Source: an uncultured candidate division Zixibacteria bacterium
GTDB lineage: Bacteria > Zixibacteria > MSB-5A5 > UBA10806
Assembly (NCBI GenBank): GCA_963817915.1
Contig: CAWFQL010000012.1
Span: 512,001 to 576,000, forward strand
Reading direction: 5' to 3'
DNA length: 64,000 nt
This document shows positions 60,952 to 64,000 of the stretch, one piece after another; within the stretch, counting starts at the first letter, position 1, and every line of letters begins with the position of its first letter. Below the pieces are notes generated by a model. That model saw only the letters and a list, made by a program, of their open reading frames with translations. It did not search any database and was not told the DNA's origin. A program made the position numbers and the translations under genes.

Positions 60952-63900
60952 TTAGAATTCGGCCCCGAATGAAAAATACCATTCCGGTCTTGGTGCGAAA
61001 TGTTTCAGATTCGTGGCCCAGGCTACATCAACCCGGAGCACAAAGATGCCTAAATTCGCGCGCGGCCCAAATCCGATACCGCCAAGCATTTCGCCCGGAC
61101 GTCTGACAGTATCCTTTACAGGGTCTCTAAGATGGGCATGAGAGATATTACTGCTACTGTTCGAAGTATCACCCCAGGCCATTCCCATATCCCAGAAGAG
61201 CGCGCCTGATATTTGCCCCAAGGTCATCGGCAATGGAAATTGCATTTTAAAATAATCAATGAATGGATAGCGGAATTCGAAATTCGTGATCCAATATCTC
61301 GTTCCAGAGTCAGAAAAGTATTTGTATCCTCTGAGCGGAACAACTAACTCATTCAGGTAAATATCCTTCACATTGAATATATCGCCTTGAGATCGTTTGG
61401 GGCCTATCCAGTTCGCTGTTCCCCCCATATAATACCTCTTGGCATCGGGACCTCCTGAAGCCGCGGCGCCAAACCTGAAGGCGAAATTATAGCGTGTCCA
61501 AAAATGCCAGTAATTGCGGTAATCGGCCTCAACAGCATGATATGAAAGGTCTGAACTGACCACCTTTATAGATTGTTCAAGCGCAATTTTATATCGATGT
61601 CCGGATACAGGTCCCACTATTCCCCAGATGACGGAATCATTGATATATTCCAGATTTGCATTTAGTATGTTTTTCGTCTCATTGTCCTTGCCATTATAAT
61701 CAAAATTATCTCTGGCAATTGTGGTTTGCGAAAGAGTGAAATCCAGACGCGTAAATTTCGAGAATGGATATGACACATATCCCTGAGCTCCGTAAACGCG
61801 GTCCGAGAAATAAAAGTTATTGTAATCGTCGTAATATAGATTTTTAAAGTGGAACACACCGAAAGCCAGATTCGGCCTGTGAGCGGTATATGAGTACGCC
61901 AGTTGAAAATTCGATTGGTCTATCGTATTGACTAAATCGGTGTACAAGAAGAAGTGATGATTGCCAAACATATCCGAAACCGAGAGATAGGACTGTCCCC
62001 GCAAACCGTAGAAATTGTCATAAGTAAATCCGCCGGATACCAATTCGGGCGCGAATTTTAATTTGTAAGGGTGTTCAATATAACTGCCGTCCGCTTTTTG
62101 GTATTTAAGTGTATCCAAAACGGCATGTAAGGAATCAATCTCAATATTCTGGGAAGTGGTCGTATCTGCAGGAGTTTCGCTTTGCTTTGAGACAATTTCG
62201 CTTTCGCCCGCGTGAAATACATAGGTGCTGAAATCGAGGTTTGCTTTTTTGGTTGTATCCGGTTTGACAGTAACCGTATCCGATACCGCCACGACTTTGG
62301 GTACAAAGAAATTTTTATCGCCGCTTCTCAGCTTTTTCATGAAGGAAGTCAAAGACAATTCACTTTTGTCATCGCCGACATTTTTGATATTTTTAAGCGC
62401 GTAAATATCGAATCCCAATTTAAAGAATCCTGAGTATGCAATTTGATCGCCGTCGGGTGACCAGGTCGGGGTGAACGCTCCGGAAATAAGATTTGTTACA
62501 GGGAATGTCTTCTTGGTGGCGATTTCATAGATATAAATATTATCAATGCCATTGCGGTTAGATATGAAGGCAATCCTCTGGCCGTCCGGAGAGAATGCCG
62601 GCTGATCATCTTTATATGGTGATTCAATCAGGGGCGAAATCGTGTCAGCCTCGGAGTCGCAGAGGAATATGTTGTAATCGCCATATTTAAATGTCGAATC
62701 CGGTATTCCGTTGAAGGGCCTATCCGACGCGAACGCCAAAAAGCGGCTGTCCTTATCCCATGAGGGATTGGTGTCATCGTATAGGTCGTTCATCAGCTTG
62801 TCTAATTTGCCGGTGTCCAGATGATAAACATATATATCGGCAAAACCATGATCTATTCCTTCGAACGCTATCTTCTTACCATCGGGAGACCATGATGGAT
62901 TTCTCATTTCGCCTAATTTAAGATCGATTTTTTTCTTTCGCTTGCCATTATCAGCGTTATAGATAAGAAGCATGTCTCTTCCGTGGCTCTTTCCTACAAA
63001 TGCCAGTTCCGTACCATCAGGTGACCAGGTAAGCCCCGAGACATACGAATGCAATGATTCGAGATCGCCAGATCGTTCGGCTTTTATCAGATGCGATATG
63101 ATTTTACCATCTACAGTGGAAATAATGAAAACATCGTTATATCTGTCGGAGTAGCCATTTTGCGGATTAGCACGATCGGAGAAGAACGCGAGTCGGTCGC
63201 CCTTTGGTGACCAGACCGGTTTCTGATTGTATAATGAGCCGTCCTTGACATGATTTGTCAATGCTTTGGAAATTTCCTCGGGCTCTTTTCTTTCGGCAAT
63301 TTCGGGCCAGTAAACACGCCTTAAGTCCTTCTGCCAGTCATCTGAAAGGTCCTGAATCGAGACTCCCAGCGCGGCTTTCACTGCCCGTTCCATGGTCTTA
63401 TGATATTTGCCCTTATTCAATATTTCGGCTATTTTTTCTTCACCGTATTTTTCGGAAATATATTCCAAAGCGGATTGGCCACCTTTATACGCGAGAAAAC
63501 CGTCGAGAAAATCGAGCGGAGGCATATAGCCTGCTGTAATAGCATCTCGCGCGTACATGTCGGCTTCGAGTTCCCATCCGTGTCTTGAAGAAAATTCGGC
63601 GTAACCCTCGGAAAACCATAATGGCGGCTGGAATAGCGCCTCCGCCGATAGGATCGAACGCAGGGTATTGCCATAAAGTAAATTGAACCAAACCGCATGG
63701 GTTAATTCATGATGAAGCACATGGCGAAATTCTTCATATGAACCTGTGAATGGAATGGTCATCCTATTTTTGAACGCTTCGGTAACGCCGCCGACACCTT
63801 CCGGTATAATATCCGAAATAACATTGGTTTGTTCGAATTCACCGTGAGACGCGTATAGAATTACCGGGACCCGTTCGGTAAGATTGTAGTTGAGCTGTTC

Positions 63901-63999
63901 TTTGATCTCATTGTAGGCAACTTCAAGTGTTTTAGCCGCGAATGTTGCCAGGGTGTCTTCGCCTTTATAAAAGTAGACATCGAAATGTGGTGTCTGGAT
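60952..63999 (-). CDS. Zincin (HExxH) + PD40/TolB-like propeller + Omp85/BamA-type barrel protein; 5'-truncated by window edge
   Basis: Frame open to 63999 (IQTPHFDVYFY...), HELTH, PLWFSEGYAE, multiple P-WSPDG repeats, PLRGY, C-terminal FSFGAEF. Confidence 0.85.
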   Translation of the reverse strand: MQTPHFDVYFYKGEDTLATFAAKTLEVAYNEIKEQLNYNLTERVPVILYASHGEFEQTNVISDIIPEGVGGVTEAFKNRMTIPFTGSYEEFRHVLHHELTHAVWFNLLYGNTLRSILSAEALFQPPLWFSEGYAEFSSRHGWELEADMYARDAITAGYMPPLDFLDGFLAYKGGQSALEYISEKYGEEKIAEILNKGKYHKTMERAVKAALGVSIQDLSDDWQKDLRRVYWPEIAERKEPEEISKALTNHVKDGSLYNQKPVWSPKGDRLAFFSDRANPQNGYSDRYNDVFIISTVDGKIISHLIKAERSGDLESLHSYVSGLTWSPDGTELAFVGKSHGRDMLLIYNADNGKRKKKIDLKLGEMRNPSWSPDGKKIAFEGIDHGFADIYVYHLDTGKLDKLMNDLYDDTNPSWDKDSRFLAFASDRPFNGIPDSTFKYGDYNIFLCDSEADTISPLIESPYKDDQPAFSPDGQRIAFISNRNGIDNIYIYEIATKKTFPVTNLISGAFTPTWSPDGDQIAYSGFFKLGFDIYALKNIKNVGDDKSELSLTSFMKKLRSGDKNFFVPKVVAVSDTVTVKPDTTKKANLDFSTYVFHAGESEIVSKQSETPADTTTSQNIEIDSLHAVLDTLKYQKADGSYIEHPYKLKFAPELVSGGFTYDNFYGLRGQSYLSVSDMFGNHHFFLYTDLVNTIDQSNFQLAYSYTAHRPNLAFGVFHFKNLYYDDYNNFYFSDRVYGAQGYVSYPFSKFTRLDFTLSQTTIARDNFDYNGKDNETKNILNANLEYINDSVIWGIVGPVSGHRYKIALEQSIKVVSSDLSYHAVEADYRNYWHFWTRYNFAFRFGAAASGGPDAKRYYMGGTANWIGPKRSQGDIFNVKDIYLNELVVPLRGYKYFSDSGTRYWITNFEFRYPFIDYFKMQFPLPMTLGQISGALFWDMGMAWGDTSNSSSNISHAHLRDPVKDTVRRPGEMLGGIGFGPRANLGIFVLRVDVAWATNLKHFAPRPEWYFSFGAEF

Positions 64000-64000
64000 A

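Overview
Bacterial chromosomal window. The many Cys-flanked dockerin-like C-terminal domains, a FlgD/T9SS-type tail and a PAS-LuxR regulator suggest an FCB-group organism such as candidate Zixibacteria (inference). Left to right: a 5'-truncated beta-helix/dockerin protein; two homologous promoters driving probable sRNAs just downstream of a PAS-PAS-GAF-LuxR gene; lpoB-like and COG3014-like lipoproteins; dCMP deaminase; gdhA followed by two atypical PEP/pyruvate-binding (PPDK_N) proteins, one fused to a nucleotidyltransferase; a ~12 kb array of secreted proteins, including three repeats of [S74-chaperone fibre + small dockerin partner]; a paralog pair plus remnant; a REP-like palindrome cluster; tRNA-Ala(CGC)-ffs-dnaX-ybaB-recR; a UbiA-DUF362-SMR cluster; an archaeal-type gatD; M23, CDF, DegP and rlmD genes; a catalytically degenerate Mre11/SbcD-like + YhaN-like ATPase pair; HIT plus an HTH-fused, catalytically dead LeuC/LeuD-like pair; a TlpA-DUF6029-like-Omp28-like locus whose Omp28-like gene has an in-frame UGA in a UxxC motif followed by a SECIS-like hairpin; and a 5'-truncated zincin-PD40-Omp85 gene. 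Many single-base indels split conserved genes and are most likely sequencing errors. Family assignments come from motif recognition only; no searches were run.
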